Assembly (NCBI RefSeq): GCF_001194135.2 | Contig: NC_068998.1 | Location: 24,464,206 to 24,528,205, forward strand | Length of the DNA: 64,000 nucleotides | Reading direction: 5' to 3' | From: Octopus bimaculoides | Lineage: Eukaryota | Part shown: positions 1-13,431 of the stretch, in pieces | Layout of the letters: each line of letters starts with the position of its first letter | Position numbering within the stretch: position 1 is the stretch's first letter | Position numbers and translations under genes: made by a program | Notes under the pieces: model-generated | Told to the model about the DNA's origin: nothing | What the model saw: the letters and a program-made list of their open reading frames with translations, nothing else | The model's database searches: none

Positions 1-267
1 TTAGTTCAAAACTGAGTTTCCTCATCTCCGTCCAATGTTGACAAACTATGCCAATAAAGGAACCTCTGCACCACTGCTTAACCTACTAGAATTAGCAGTC
101 AAATTTCACTCTCAAATCACAAAATGTTGAATATCTTGGAAATCTAGTCAAAGAATATGCAAACACACATTTCGTAATGTTGTCTTAGACACATATAGTG
201 AAAATATGTGATGGTCATAACTGGAATACCTTTGACTATAAGTCAATTTAATCAGGGCTGACTTAGG

Positions 268-725
268 TGTGACAATGTGTGGTAAGAAGTTTGATTCCCA
301 GCAACATGGTTCTGGGTTCAGTCCTACTATGTAGCACTTAGGGCAAGTGTCTTCTACTATAGCCCTGGGCTACCAGATGCTCGAGAGGATTTGGGAGTTG
401 GAAATGGAAAGAAACCCATTGTACATACATACATGTGTGTTTGTGTGTGTGTGTGTGTGTCTGTCTGTCTGTCTATCTATCCATCCATCCATCCATCCAT
501 CTATCTATCTGTCTATCTATCTTATTGAGTGTCTTAGTGTTTGTCCCTCAGATGACTGCTTGACAACCAGTGTTGGTTTGTTTACATCCCATAACATAGT
601 GGTTCAGCAAAAGGGACCAATAGAATGCTACCAGACTTAAATAAGTGTTGAGGTCAATTTGTTCAAGTAAACCCTCCAAGAAGGTGCTACAGCATGACCA
701 GAGTCAAATGACTGGAACTAGTGAA
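268..725 (+). mobile_element. tRNA-derived SINE, family A (CORE-like; octopus OR-type), degraded full copy
   Basis: A-box-like TGTGTGGTAAG (276-286), B-box-like GGTTCAGTCC (315-324), CORE-like 'cacttagggcaagtgtcttctactatagc', internal TG/TCTA microsatellite; 3' half matches copies at 38.5 kb and (reverse) 1.5, 27.5, 33.0, 58.2 kb. Confidence 0.75.
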
Positions 726-779
726 GGGTAAATTAGTAAGGGAAAGTGTGGTAATGTGCATCACTCTAAGAAGCCCTCC

Positions 780-1375
780 CTGGCTGGTGTGACCAATGCC
801 AAGCTCCATATCTCCTAGACAGCAAAATGTCCATATGTTCTAGTCAAAAAAGAACATATATGCTACAATATAAGCTCCTGTTGAATTAGTCACAGCATAT
901 ATTTCTCCTCTATGGAGTAGAGACGTGGGCCCTCTTAAAGACCCTAGCAAAGAGGATCAATAGATTTTGATAGGAGAGCCTGGAGAACCATGGAGAACAT
1001 CAGATGGTACCATCATGATTACAACAAAGAACTCTGTGTGTACTCATCAGCCTACAGTATTCCACCTCATGTCGCATGTGCTGGTACGGACATGTTCTCC
1101 ATTTCCGGCTAGATCATCTTACCATGACTTTACTCTCATTCAACATAGCAGCTGCAGGCTGGAAGAGGTTTCATAGCAGACCCTGCACCAGATGGTTAGA
1201 CATGACTGGAGAAAATCTCCAGGCTCTCAACGTCACCTTGGAGGATGCAGAGTAGCTAGCATATGGCCGTCAGCAATGGAGATCACTGCTGGACCTGGTC
1301 AGCTCTATGTATGATGATGTCTTGGAGACTGGTAACCTGGTACGACACCAGCCTCATCAAGCATGAAGTAAAGCA
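780..1375 (+). mobile_element. RTE-clade LINE, ORF2 C-terminal relic
   Basis: Translates to LLYGVETWALLKTLAKRI, CWYGHVL, RPCTRWLD and QWRSL, matching the RTE C-terminal pattern YG.ETW.L / W.GHV / GRP..RW.D / WR; stops and frameshifts present. Confidence 0.65.
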
Positions 1376-1479
1376 ATATATTCCTGTATCCTGTTAGCAT
1401 CATTTACTAGTGACCTAAACATAAGTTTTGGTCACTACTAGAGGATGACATGGCCATTACCCAATAGCATATTTTATAC

Positions 1480-1915
1480 ATTCTCTTTTACTCTTTTACT
1501 TGTTTTAGTCATTTGACTGCAGCCATGCTGGAGCACTGCCTTTAGTCGAGCAAATCGACCCCAGGACTTATTCTTNNNNNNNNNNGCCTTTAGTCGAGCA
1601 AATCGACCCCAGGACTTATTCTTTGTAAGCCTAGTACTTATTCTATCAGCCTCTTTTGCTGAACCGCTAAGTTACAGGGATGTAAACATACCACCATCGG
1701 TTGTCAAGCGATGTCGGGAGGGACAAACACAGACACACATACATGCATATATACGACAGGCTTCTTTCAGTTTCCGTCTACCAAATCCACTCACAAGGCT
1801 TTGGTCAGCCCAAGGCTATAGTAGAAGACACTTGCTGAAGGTGCCACGCAGTGGGAATGAACCCAGAACCATGTGGTTGGTAAGCAAGCTACTTACCACA
1901 CAGCCACTCCTGCGC
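1480..1915 (-). mobile_element. tRNA-derived SINE family A, full and well-preserved copy
   Basis: Reverse complement begins GCGCAGGAGTGGCTGTGTGGTAAG, has B-box-like GGTTCATTCCC and CORE-like GGCACCTTCAGCAAGTGTCTTC; (AAAAGAGT)-type tail at 1480-1500. Confidence 0.85.
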
Positions 1916-2066
1916 GTTTAAAAACTCTCCATTCCTTTAAAAAATATCATTATTAGTCAAAGACTATAATATATCTTGTTCTTGCTTAGTCCAAGGTCAG
2001 CCTTGGCAGAGCAGTTCCACAATGGAAAATGTTTTAGAACTGACCATTATTTCTAGGCATCATGTA

Positions 2067-2220
2067 TGAGGAGGTATTGAGAGATTCCTGGCTTTAAGGA
2101 TATCATGAAAGGCTTGGTAGGAGGCCCAACCTTCCAAGTTCTTTTACAGGGTTAAAAAGAAACTGAAGGACCACTGCAATAAGTGTGTAAATCTGAGAGG
2201 GGAATATGTTGAATAAAATC
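2067..2220 (+). mobile_element. mariner-derived MITE, left part
   Basis: TA followed by TGAGGAGGTATTGAGAGATTCCTGGCTTT (mariner-like TIR); internal FYRVKKKLKDHCNKCVNLRGEYVE* resembles a mariner transposase C-terminus (RW.KCV...G.YVE); right TIR not seen. Confidence 0.55.
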
Positions 2221-3125
2221 AAATCCGAATAAAAACAGTTTCCTTCAGAATGGTTATTTTTTGTTGATGGGATTAATGAATTGAGAAGGCCAATTTTGGT
2301 TTTTAAAAAGGTGGGAACTAACTTTACAATGAAACATTTGTGGATTTTGTTGCAACTTCAGTTCTTTACATTTTATTTGTAGTTTAGAAATAGATTCTTT
2401 CTCCGGTGGTAAGAAATTTAAGAAATAAAACCAAGAATGGATATGAATAAAAGAATGAATGAATGCATGTATGGCTACATGCATGCATAGATATATAGTT
2501 ATATAGCCAGGAAAAATTGGCTAAGGCAGTGATTCAATTGAACTGGTGTATATATAATAGAATAAAGGTATAAATAAGCAAACATCTGGTACCAGGTCAG
2601 ATTATGACATTTATATATTTAAACATTGACAAAACTTGAGGGTGGAAATGAATGTGACAAGAATTTAGATTACTAAAGGTCAATAAAAGATCTGTTGAGC
2701 AATGTTCATAATGGTTGTGATATAGGATGATATTTTCCTGGAACAGTTTTGATTCTACAATGGCCAGCTTTATCTACTATCTGATACCATACTTTAGCCT
2801 TACAATGCTTGACATAAATCCACCCACCTCCACCATTTTCACTCAAATAATCCCCTTTTAGTAATGGGGGCTTTTTGCTTTTCTCTTGTTTATTTATTTA
2901 CATATTTTATTTATTGGCTTGCAAGTTTATATGACAACTTCACTAACACCAGGTGCACAAAAAAGTACCTAGTCACTGTCAAGTGGTTGGTGTTAGGAAG
3001 GACATCCAGCCACAGTAATCATGCCAAATATGACACTAGAGTTAAAAAGATGAAAGCTTGCTTGTTACAGTTACATACACCACTAAAATACCCTGTCCAA
3101 AACCATCATTCAGGGCACAGTTGAG

Positions 3126-3312
3126 ATAGGGTGAAAGAGAGTACAACAGAAAAAATCTTGGTCTGACGACATCAAGGACTGGAGAGGTCATAATACCCAA
3201 CCCTACTCTACATGACAGAGAACAGAGACGAGTGGTGATGGCTGACTGTAAAAACATCAAGAGTAGCACCCCCAATACCTGGCTGCATCAGTTAAGGGAC
3301 CTTGATGATGTC
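3126..3312 (+). mobile_element. RTE-type LINE 3' end relic
   Basis: KSWSDDIKDWRG...ENRDEW-like translation followed by a GATGATG tail and (TA)n. Confidence 0.5.
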
Positions 3313-3323
3313 AGGCAGACAGC

Positions 3324-3369
<46 letters not shown>

Positions 3370-3596
3370 NNNNNNNNNNNNNNNNNNNNNNNNNNNNNNN
3401 NNNNNNNNNNNNNNNNNNNNNNNNNNNNNNNNNNNNNNNNNNNNNNNNNNNNNNNNNNNNNNNNNNNNNNNNNNNNNNNNNNNNNNNNNNNNNNNNNNNN
3501 NNNNNNNNNNNNNNNNNNNNNNNNNNNNNNNNNNNNNNNNNNNNNNNNNNNNNNNNNNNNNNNNNNNNNNNNNNNNNNNNNNNNNNNNNNNNNNNN

Positions 3597-3658
<62 letters not shown>

Positions 3659-3899
3659 TTTTCATTAATGTTGCTTGATTGACACTGTTTGGTCAGTGGT
3701 GATACTCATATATAACCTGCAGTTAGTTCAGCTTTTCAGTTGCAACAGTCAGCAATAAGGAATGTTATCATGAAAGGAAGCCGACCATAGAATATTACTT
3801 CAAGGAGTCTCAACCAATCCATACAAGCAAGGAGAAAGCAATTACTAAAATAATGATGATGATTACTTTATACACAGAATAGAATGTGACTTTCTAAAG

Positions 3900-5330
3900 G
3901 TGACTTTCCAAATTGCATATAATTGTTTCCACTATTTAAGAGACCATAAACTTTGATGGAATGGATCTAATTTTGGAGTAACCAGATATTGAATGTAATG
4001 TGAGTGTATACTTATTATTCAGTAGATATAATCTGCTTAATTTAAGCAGTCTTATGCTTGCAAATGCAATGGATCTAAAACTCAAGTGCACTCTAGATAT
4101 ACAACTCTGATAAGAAATAATTCTCTCAAGGTTGGTTATGGTGGATACAGTGTGACAGTTAGCAACAATGTGATATGATTCTTAAGAAGGAATTATATTG
4201 AATGCACTTGTTTAATAATCTCTTAGTATTTGTTGCTACTATAGAGCTGTTTTCTCTCAGTCATCTTCACATGATAGTCTTCCACCTTAATAGCAAATAT
4301 ACTGTAAACATTTCTTTGTCAGGTTTATACAACCATTTCTTTTACTGAAATCCTATTAAGTATTAATCTGTACATAGGCAGAATAGGACTGCTGATATTT
4401 GTCTTATAGGCATAGAAATGTGAATAGTTGATGGTATATAAGAACATTCGATGAGAACACAAGCAAGATTCTTCAAATAATAACAGTTTTGGAAGAATAT
4501 GTTCAAATGTATGTGATACAGGCAATGTAATATAGTTCTTAGGAAGAAGTTATATTGAATGTACTTGTCAATTAATCTCTGAGCATTCATCACTTTTAGG
4601 GATTAGTTTTCTTTCAGTTATGTTCCCATTTGAAAAAGAATGTCATGCTTAAAATTCTCATTTTGGATTTAAGTCTCTTACATTTTTAGAGATATTCCTA
4701 TCCAAAGATTTTCAAATATTAAATAGATATATTAACATCTAGCAACTAGTATCTGGTATATCAAATGCTATGATATTCACAACATCTAGATAGATGTTTA
4801 TAGTACCATAGATCACGATTATTATTAATATCTTTATTACTCATAATTTGGGAAATAAATGGAGAATTTCTTTATCTTACTTCCAAAATGTTTAGGCACT
4901 TCTTTAGGGAATAATGTAGAAATGTTCAAGAGTAACAAATGCTGCTTTGATTGTTGAAGGAAATTGATATAAGTTTTGAGCAAAGGGAAGAATGATGTGT
5001 ATTTTGTATTGTTGCTTGTGGATTTGTTCGATTCACAAATATCATAACCACAGGAAGCTGTGGCAAGGCTTAGTGAATATTTTATGAACATGGGCTTTTG
5101 CATGTCTTTAAAAGTGTATTTCTTGCATTCACATCTTTATTTTGCCTCATGAAAACTTAGTTTCTTTATGGCAAGAAACATGACAGAAGGTTTTATGAAG
5201 ATGTTGTTACAATAAAGGAAAGGTAATAAGGCAACTTGGAAGCGTCCATGGTAGTAGACTAGATACAGTATCTGGTATGAAGAGTGCATGAAAGAAATAT
5301 GTGGTCTTCAAAGCACTTTTAATTTTCGCT
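3900..5330 (-). mobile_element. possible very degraded CR1/L2-like LINE
   Basis: Only weak minus-strand motifs (DVVNIIAFDI resembling D.SKAFD; a C-terminal block resembling RVV..WN.LP near 3.93 kb); no continuous frame. Confidence 0.3.
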
Positions 5331-7399
5331 CTGTTCCATATTTTCTGACTTTGTCAAACATTTAATTTGTTAAATACATTTAGTTGGAAATTTTTGAACA
5401 AATTAAGGATAAAATTCCAAGTTTGTCAATAATTTTGCCTGTCAAATACATTTATTTGAAAAATTCCCAGTAAATTAAGCATGAAATTGATTTATTTTCT
5501 ATTATCATAGCAATAGAAATAAAAGCAGCGCATAACTCTAGGTGAATGTTAAATTATGTGAAGACGAAATACAAAGAAAACGAATTCCCCAAAATATCGA
5601 TGTTTTGCAGAAATTAAAATAGTGTTCTAAGTTTAGTATCAAAAATACATATGGGTAGCATAAGCCCATAGATGAACAAAACATGTTACCCAGTGTTATT
5701 AATGTATTGTTATGTTATTAATATACTTTGTTATGGCAAATGTATAATATTATCACTAGGTAATACATTTTTGTTATGAAAAATGGTGTAAGGCTTATTT
5801 AGATATCTAGTGGTCTATCTGTATTTTAAAGTTCTATAGTATTTTCATGTTTTATTAAATTCTTATAAATATCTCCTCATGTATCATTATTATGTCATTT
5901 CCTATGCATTTTATCTTAAGAAAGGAGACTTGAAGAGCAGCAAGTTTACTCTTAATATTGAGTTTAACTTAAGTTGAAGTAGAATATATATTGTATTGCT
6001 AAAGAGTAGAATTTAGGATGCCAACAACACTGTACTAGTCGGAGAAAAACATGACTTCATAAAGTTAACCACAAAATAATGATAATTGAAAGGATATGCT
6101 TTCAAAGCAGTATTCATTTATGTTTGTTTATATTTATAGTACTAAATCTTTCAGTCATCTTTGCCTCTCATCCTTCTGGAGTTGATAAAATAATGTAACA
6201 GTGCTGGGGGTCAATTTAGTATTTTTACAAGACATTGCAAATACAAGTAGAATTTCAAAAGAATATTAAAACTATGACCAAATTAATTATTAACACCTTC
6301 TTTGAACAATATTAACAATGTGAATAAAATGGTTCCTGCTTGGAAGCTGAAATACTTTAAAAATTGTGAATAAGAGCACTTGTTGCTCAGCTCTATTTGA
6401 CGTGCAATGATTCTTTTCATATGTTTACAAGCAAGTTATTTTTGAATTAGTTTTCTTACTTTCTAACATAATAAATTCTCAGAGGCTATGCATATAGTCT
6501 GTTCAAGATAGATTAATCACATTTCATATACCACATTTCTAGATTATGTTCAACTCAAAATCAATAGCAATATTGAATGCTAATGAAAATAATTTTCTAC
6601 CACAAAATATGATCCAACATATGGTTATTAAACTAACCAGAATTAGCAGCCATATATAGGTGGGAGTAAAAATCTGCGTTTTTGTTCAAATGCTTTCAGC
6701 AGAGTAAATGTCACTTAACTAACCTGAAATAGCTTTAAAGCAGGCTACATGCTAAGCCTACTACCCAAGTTTGACCTAATCTCTGAGGAAAAACAATCAT
6801 TCGTTCTTAACTGGATTTGTACACACAAACAGACAGAACTAAATTACTATGGAAAAATTTTCAGTAATACTGCAGTGTATTTTCGACATGCAGAACGTAG
6901 TTAAGTGCAGGCTAGCAACTTTAATATAGTAAACCATAAAACAATCATTAGAATTGATGAGAATTTTGAAAGATAAGATAAGGAAGTAAAGTCTAAAATT
7001 CCAATTAATAAACAATGAAATGGTGGAACATGCAAGACAGTGAATGTAGCTATTGGTGGTTACAGAATATTAGGCATTAGCTCAGTTCTCTACTATTTCT
7101 GCTAGCTTATTGCCTTGGTTTGTTTGTCCTTATGTCTCTTTTTGCATGTTAACATGAGTTAGGCAGATGTATTACTGAGTCATTGTTTAACAGGTGAATA
7201 CTTTTCTTTTCTCTAAGCTGTTTTTCAAGTATAGTATCTTTTATTCCACATGTCTTTAAAGGTGCAAAGATAGGTTGATCTACTTACAGTAGAAATTTCA
7301 ACCACATTGGTTGTAGCTCAGTTTGTTGTGATTTTCAGAGAAGTACAAATGTAAACAAACATATAATATACAAGCAGGTTTACACATACATTGCAAGAA

Positions 7400-8796
7400 C
7401 TTAACCATAGTGTGGCTGGACTACCAGAAGGCTTTTGATAGTATGCCACATGGGTGAATTGTCAAGGCTTTACAGTTAGCTAAAATCCCACAACCACTAT
7501 TGAGTGCCAATAAATGCCTGACCAGGATACGGTACACCACTTTACTCCCTGGGAGTGATAAGGAACAAATTGATTGGATAGTATTCACTTCCAAAAGGGC
7601 ATCTTTCAGGGTGATGATAGCCTGTCAGTGTTACTTTTCATCTCCTCATTAAACCCATTATCAAACCTGCTCACAAAACATAGTGATCAGAAAAATGGAA
7701 CCAAAAGTATCCCCCATATTTTTTTGTTAACAAGCTGAAGGTGTATGGGCCAAATATCAACTACATTTTTTAAAAATGGCTGAATCTCATTACCCAATTT
7801 TCTACAGACATTGGAATGGAATTTGTTGAGTTCAAATGTACATTTTTGAAAATAAAACATAGAGAAGCTGTCTCCTCCTCAGAAAACCTAAAAATGTTTA
7901 GATTGATGATACAACTTCTATAATCAGGTGACAACTTGGACAGGATGAGGATTTCAGATATGATGGACCCATAAATAAGGAGAGGACCAGGAATGAATAC
8001 TTCTGGAGAGTAAAGAGAATATGGTCATTAAAACCCTCAAATTACAACAAGCATATTGCCCATAACACATTTGCAGTGTCTGATCTCATGCCTACGTTTG
8101 ACCTTCTGAATTGGTCATTGCAAGAACTCAGTGAGACAGATGTTCAAATTTGCAAGCTACTCAGTGTAACAGGAAAATACAATATCAATGAAGGTGTAGA
8201 CAGGCTATAATTCCCATGCAAGGATGGTGGCCATGGTCTCAAATTTCTATTTATGTCATATGAATTATGTATTGTGACACTGAAGCAATATCTACACGAG
8301 AGGAAAGAGACCAGAAACTATCTTGCCCAAATTTGTGACCATGGTATCAACAACATAATTACGATAACTAATGAATTTGAGGGGAAGTAGGAAATGAGGG
8401 CTAAAACTGATCTCTCCCCAAGAAGCATTGATAAAAATAATTAATCAAAAGAATGAAATAAAAAACATGGACTGAGAAAATAGTACACGAGCATTTAGCA
8501 TGAAAAGCACAAGCCATAAAAGGAATTGATAATATCAAAAGCTTGGCATGGATTACTGACAAATTTATGACATCTCACTTCGTAGTTTACCTCCATGCAA
8601 TTCAAGAACAAGAGATCCCAACCATATACCTGAAACATGAAAGGCAGAAAACATTGGCAACCAACAAATGTAGGCTGTGCAAGACCAAGACTGAAAACAT
8701 CAATAACATTATTGCCAACTGTGAGAGAATGTTTTCTAGATATTATCTTCCCATGAAACATGATATGGTGGCCAGAACAGTCTGGAACAGGATAAC

Positions 8797-8828
<32 letters not shown>

Positions 8829-8945
8829 ATGAATAAAACACAAAGCTGACTATATCGAGACTGATGGGTCAAAAGAATATTGGTAAACTTAAAAATTAAA
8901 ATAGCTACCAAGTTAAAATACAACTGTCCAGATATTGTTGTCTGG
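7400..8945 (+). mobile_element. R4/Dong-like non-LTR retrotransposon relic (RT + CCHC knuckle + restriction-like endonuclease start)
   Basis: Collinear motifs: WLDYQKAFDSMPH (7412-7450), KGIFQGDDSLSVLLFISSLNPLS (7595-7663), HIFFVNKLKVY (degenerate YxDD box), DIGM, VDRL..PCKDGGHGL, AIQEQEIPT, CRLCKTKTENINNIIANC...KHDMVA (ORF 8543-8812), PDIVVW (~8928-8946). Confidence 0.8.
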
Positions 8946-8996
8946 GTCCATCCATCCATACATATATATATATACATATATACATACATATATATA

Positions 8997-9555
8997 CAGT
9001 AATGCCTTGATATACGAGTTAATTTGGTCTTCGAGACTGCTCATAAAGCTAAAACTCATAAAGCAGAGCAATGATTTCCCATAGTAGCCATGTTATAAAT
9101 TGTAATTGGTTCTCAGGAAAAATATTTTACCAATAAAATTTATAATACTCGTAAAAAATGGCAATAAAACATAAGAAAGAAGAAAATATTGTATGTAAAG
9201 AAAAAGGAGTGTCAAGATCATTTATAATAAAAAATATTATTATTATTATTATCGCTTTCTGAATCACTTTCACTTACACTAGACTCGCACACATAATCAC
9301 TTGTAGACACAAACATCAATTCACAAGCACTCGTAGATGAACTTGTGGATTTCTTTTTAAAGCACAAGACTAAAGTTGTTTGCTTAGAAGAAGCATTCTT
9401 TTACTCTCTATAAATTTTTCAGTAACAAGCAGAAGCATTTGTTATGGCAGAAGAAACTTTTGCACTTCGTTCAAAATCTGGATCTTGTACTTGAAAAATA
9501 AAACTTGTAAACTCAGGGTCTTGTAAAGCGGGTTCTTGTACCTGAGGTATTACAG
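8997..9555. mobile_element. Tigger/pogo-like MITE
   Basis: TA on both sides; imperfect ~22-bp TIRs CAGTAATGCCTTGATATACGAG (left) versus CTGTAATACCTCAGGTACAAG (reverse complement of right); no ORF. Confidence 0.7.
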
Positions 9556-10783
9556 TATATGACTGTCAACTTTCAGTTCCTGAATATCAAATCCAGTCAC
9601 TTGCCCTTGATGTTGTGCTGTAGGACCTTGGCCTCCCTAATAGCAACATAGATCCAAGTGGATGGCGCATCAAATTTTAGGTTCCTTGGTGATCTTCATT
9701 TCATGCTACAAACATTGTTATGCATCCATTACCAAACTGTACTTGCCTTATGCTGTCATTCACATTAATACTTACTAATTTCGAATTGTTATGGAAGAAA
9801 TTACCATGAATGCACTGCCTGCAACTGTTTACCTGACTTTAAGTAGTTCATTTTTCATTCTTAATTTGTTTCTAATGCTTTCAGTGAATAAAAGCTAGCC
9901 ATCTGAAGTTGAAAATATAGCCATATAAAGAAAACATTCCCAGGAAAAGGAAGAAAAAGAACAGAAACCAGCAGAATACGATTCAACATTTATGTTTATT
10001 TTATCAAAGGTGTAATAGCAAAATTATTATTATTATTATCTTATGTTTTTCTTTCTTTTCAATTTGCTTATTTTAATATAGGAAATAATTCCAAGTATGA
10101 ATAATCCTTAATTATTTCTACATATCTGAAAATATGAGAAGCTTTATAGAAGACAAATTAATCTTTTCAATTAACTATTGGGAGAACAATGTTTTATAAT
10201 TGCAGAATGTTTCCCTTTGAAATTATATGGTTTTAAACAGAATGATACTTTTATACGATAAGACATTAGTTCTGTCTTTCTTTTACTGTGTGGTTTCATA
10301 GTGATTTAATAACACTGACAAAATCTTTTCAGCATCTAACAGAGGAAAATTACAAAAGAGATGTAGTGTATGTGTATGTATGTGTGTGTGTATATATGTA
10401 TATATATATATGTGTGTATGTGTGTGTGTGTGTGTGTGTGTATACACACACACACACACACACATATNNNNNNNNNNNNNNNNNNNNNNNNNNNNNNNNN
10501 NNNNNNNNNNNNNNNNNNNNNNNNNNNNNNNNNNNNNNNNNNNNNNNNNNNNNNNNNNNNNNNNNNNNNNNNNNNNNNNNNNNNNNNNNNNNNNNNNNNN
10601 NNNNNNNNNNNNNNNNNNNNNNNNNNNNNNNNNNNNNNNNNNNNNNNNNNNNNNNNNNNNNNNNNNNNNNNNNNNNNNNNNNNNNNNNNNNNNNNNNNNN
10701 NNNNNNNNNNNNNNNNNNNNNNNNNNNNNNNNNNNNNNNNNNNNNNNNNNNNNNNNNNNNNNNNNNNNNNNNNNNNNNNNNNN

Positions 10784-10823
<40 letters not shown>

Positions 10824-11615
10824 GTATGTAAGTATGTATGTGTGTTTGTGTATATACATGTATATGCATACATATAAATAACTTCTGTCATTTGGTTGCA
10901 TCCTATTATTTCATGAGTTCAAATTGACTTTGCTTTCATCCTTCTGATGTTGATAAAATAAACAAACACCCTGGGAATATTGGCAACAATTTAATCAACA
11001 ATTCTCTTGAAGTGTAATGACTGAAACTATACAATGAAACACGTCAAGATATTGTTGTGTCACATCATAGCCAAACATGGGTAGTACAATGCGGAAGATC
11101 TGATCTGTGAAGGCATTACAGAAATGAAGTAGTAACGTCTATAATTGAAGGAGATGGTGATAGTCTCTATTGGTGACAGTTAGTCATAGGAGAGTTAGAT
11201 AACTTTGAATTCTCTAAGGAGTGACTTATCGAACTTTTCAATCTCTTATTCTTTTGCTACTTTGTGACCAATCTGGCAACAATTTCACTATTTTCTTCTC
11301 GTATTCAGATAAAGAGCAAGAACTCAAGATGTCAGATTCTTCCCCTCATATATCAACTGAACTCATAAAATTCTTATACAAACTAACTCTTCTATGAACA
11401 GATATGTAATAATTCATATGCTTACTGTATAATGTCTAGCCATGTGAGATGTGGATCTCACGTGCCCTGAGAGTGTAGCTAGTTATTGGTTATGACAACC
11501 AAAGTGTGAAAGCCAAAAAATTGCATTGGTCTGTCTGGAGATGTGATATTTGTGATAATAGTGCTTAGGCACAGGTCATCATTCATCAAACACATAGGAG
11601 ATCAAAGCCATTCTA

Positions 11616-11800
11616 GGCTTGAGTATTTTGTTCTTCAAGGGCTATGCATAACTTATTATTTAATGCAACATTTCTCGCTCTTGTTACCCTTATTGTGGCA
11701 CTACTCCAGCCATTTTCCACTCCTTTCAACCAAGATCAGCAATTCTTTGGAATTCTTCCTTTGCCCATAGTTTTTTTCTGCAGCCACTTTTGAAATTCTC
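11616..11800. repeat. 185-bp segment duplicated at 13182-13366
   Basis: ggcttgagtattttgttcttcaagggctatg...gccacttttgaaattctc aligns end to end with 13182-13366 with scattered substitutions. Confidence 0.85.
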
Positions 11801-11959
11801 ATGCTTCATGAAGGGCTTATGAAGGCTCAGGGTTCACATCCTTCGTGTGGAAGAAACCAGGAAATAGAGGATGGTATAGACCAATTTAAGAAAATTGCAT
11901 GACTCATAGATATATCATATATATAGATGATGTTTACTGAGCAAAACAAATTGATCTCT

Positions 11960-12100
11960 ACATGAAAGACCAAGGAAGATGTGAAAATATGTGGTGAGGC
12001 CAAAAACACAGAAGACGCAATAAAAGACCAGAAGGATTAGCAATATCTGTAGGTCAGATCTCATGCAGCCCATACCAACATGGAAATTCTTATAGAACAT

Positions 12101-12149
<49 letters not shown>

Positions 12150-12325
12150 GGTGGTGGTGGTGGTGATGATGATGAGAATGAGGAGGATGAGGATGATGAT
12201 GATGATGATGATGATGAGGTGGAGGAGGAGGAGGGGGCAGCAACAACAATGATGATGATGATAATGACAATGATGGGGATGATGAAAATGAGGATGGTGA
12301 TGATGATGACCACCACCACGACGAC
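11960..12325 (+). repeat. LINE-like 3' end running into a compound (GAT)n/(GGT)n/(GAG)n trinucleotide tract
   Basis: 'catgcagcccataccaacatggaaa' tail motif shared with other RTE tails, then trinucleotide runs; explains the poly-S/P/H ORFs. Confidence 0.6.
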
Positions 12326-12845
12326 AGTGATAAATTTCATCACCCCTTACAGTTAGTAATGTATTTTTTTCAAATATCGTGATTATACTTCAGTTTGGAT
12401 TCAAGTGCGGCTTAATAGTTCTGAATAGCAGTTTCCATACTTGGGAAGTATTATATATGTTTCAGTGGACTGCATTCACAATCAAATGGTTTAATTCAAT
12501 TAATGTCAAAGTATTATCAATGAACTGATAATTAAAACAAGTTTATTGATGAGTGAAATGAAATGGACAGGCAATTAGAATAGCAATGGAAATAAGAAGC
12601 ATAAAGGGAACTCTGACAGAGCAACTACAAACTCCGTTACCATCAAGTCAAATACAGCATCAATAAGTAGAGACCAGGCAGGGGGACGAATGGATTAGTT
12701 GTTTACTCTTCAAAGACAAGGATTCAGGTTTGATCTTATGGTCGGTAAATTAGAAAAGAATGTTTTCTTTTTCTATAGTCTTGAACATGACGAAAATTTA
12801 TCTTGTAAGTGAAATTCAGTTGCAAGAAATAACTCAGACTACTGT

Positions 12846-13030
12846 TATCATCATCATCACCATTTAACATCCATTTTCCATACTGGTGTGGTTTGAACAT
12901 TTTGACCAGAGCTGATGAGGCGAGGGGTCACACCAGGCTCCATTGTCTTTCTGGCATGGTTTCTATTGCTGGATATCCTTCCTAATGCCAGCCACACCAT
13001 AGAGCATACTGGGTACTTTGAACGTGCTAT
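12846..13030 (-). mobile_element. RTE 3'-tail fragment
   Basis: (CAT)n + 'ttaacatccattttccatactgg...ctggatatccttcctaatgcca' matches tail copies at 20.1, 25.9, 39.0 and 44.4 kb. Confidence 0.6.
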
Positions 13031-13039
13031 GTGTATGTG

Positions 13040-13080
<41 letters not shown>

Positions 13081-13431
13081 ATCTATAGTTGTAAAAATGG
13101 TGCATAGAGTTACTTCCCTTTACACCAGTAGTTCCTAATCAGGGTCCATATGAGCTTCATGGGTCCATATAAGATTTCTGGGGCTTGAGCATTCTGTTCT
13201 TCAAGGGCTATGTATAACTTATTATTCATTGCAACATTTCTTGCATTTGTTACCCTTATTGTGGCACTACTCTAGCCATTTTCCCATTCCTTTCAACCAT
13301 GATCAGCAATTCTTTGGAATTCTTCCTTTTCCCATAGTTATTTCTGTAGCCACTTTTGAAATTCTCTTTTGAAATAGAAAATTGGGGACTCACAATAATA
13401 TTTTATGGGTTCATGACAAAATTTTGCTTAA

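Noticed and set aside
3232-3678. ORFs rich in YI, HT, CV repeats and X runs (also 10.3-10.9, 15.7-16.8, 25.0, 30.5-31.1, 38.3, 50.5-52.3, 62.2-63.3 kb)
   Set aside because: Translations of (TA)n, (CA)n, (TG)n microsatellites and N gaps, not genes.
4165-4630. Diverged ~110-bp direct repeat (4165-4275 and 4523-4630)
   Set aside because: Low identity in AT-rich DNA within a probable old LINE; ordinary decay.
11915-12343. Poly-Ser/Pro and poly-His ORFs
   Set aside because: Product of a compound trinucleotide tract at a retroelement tail.
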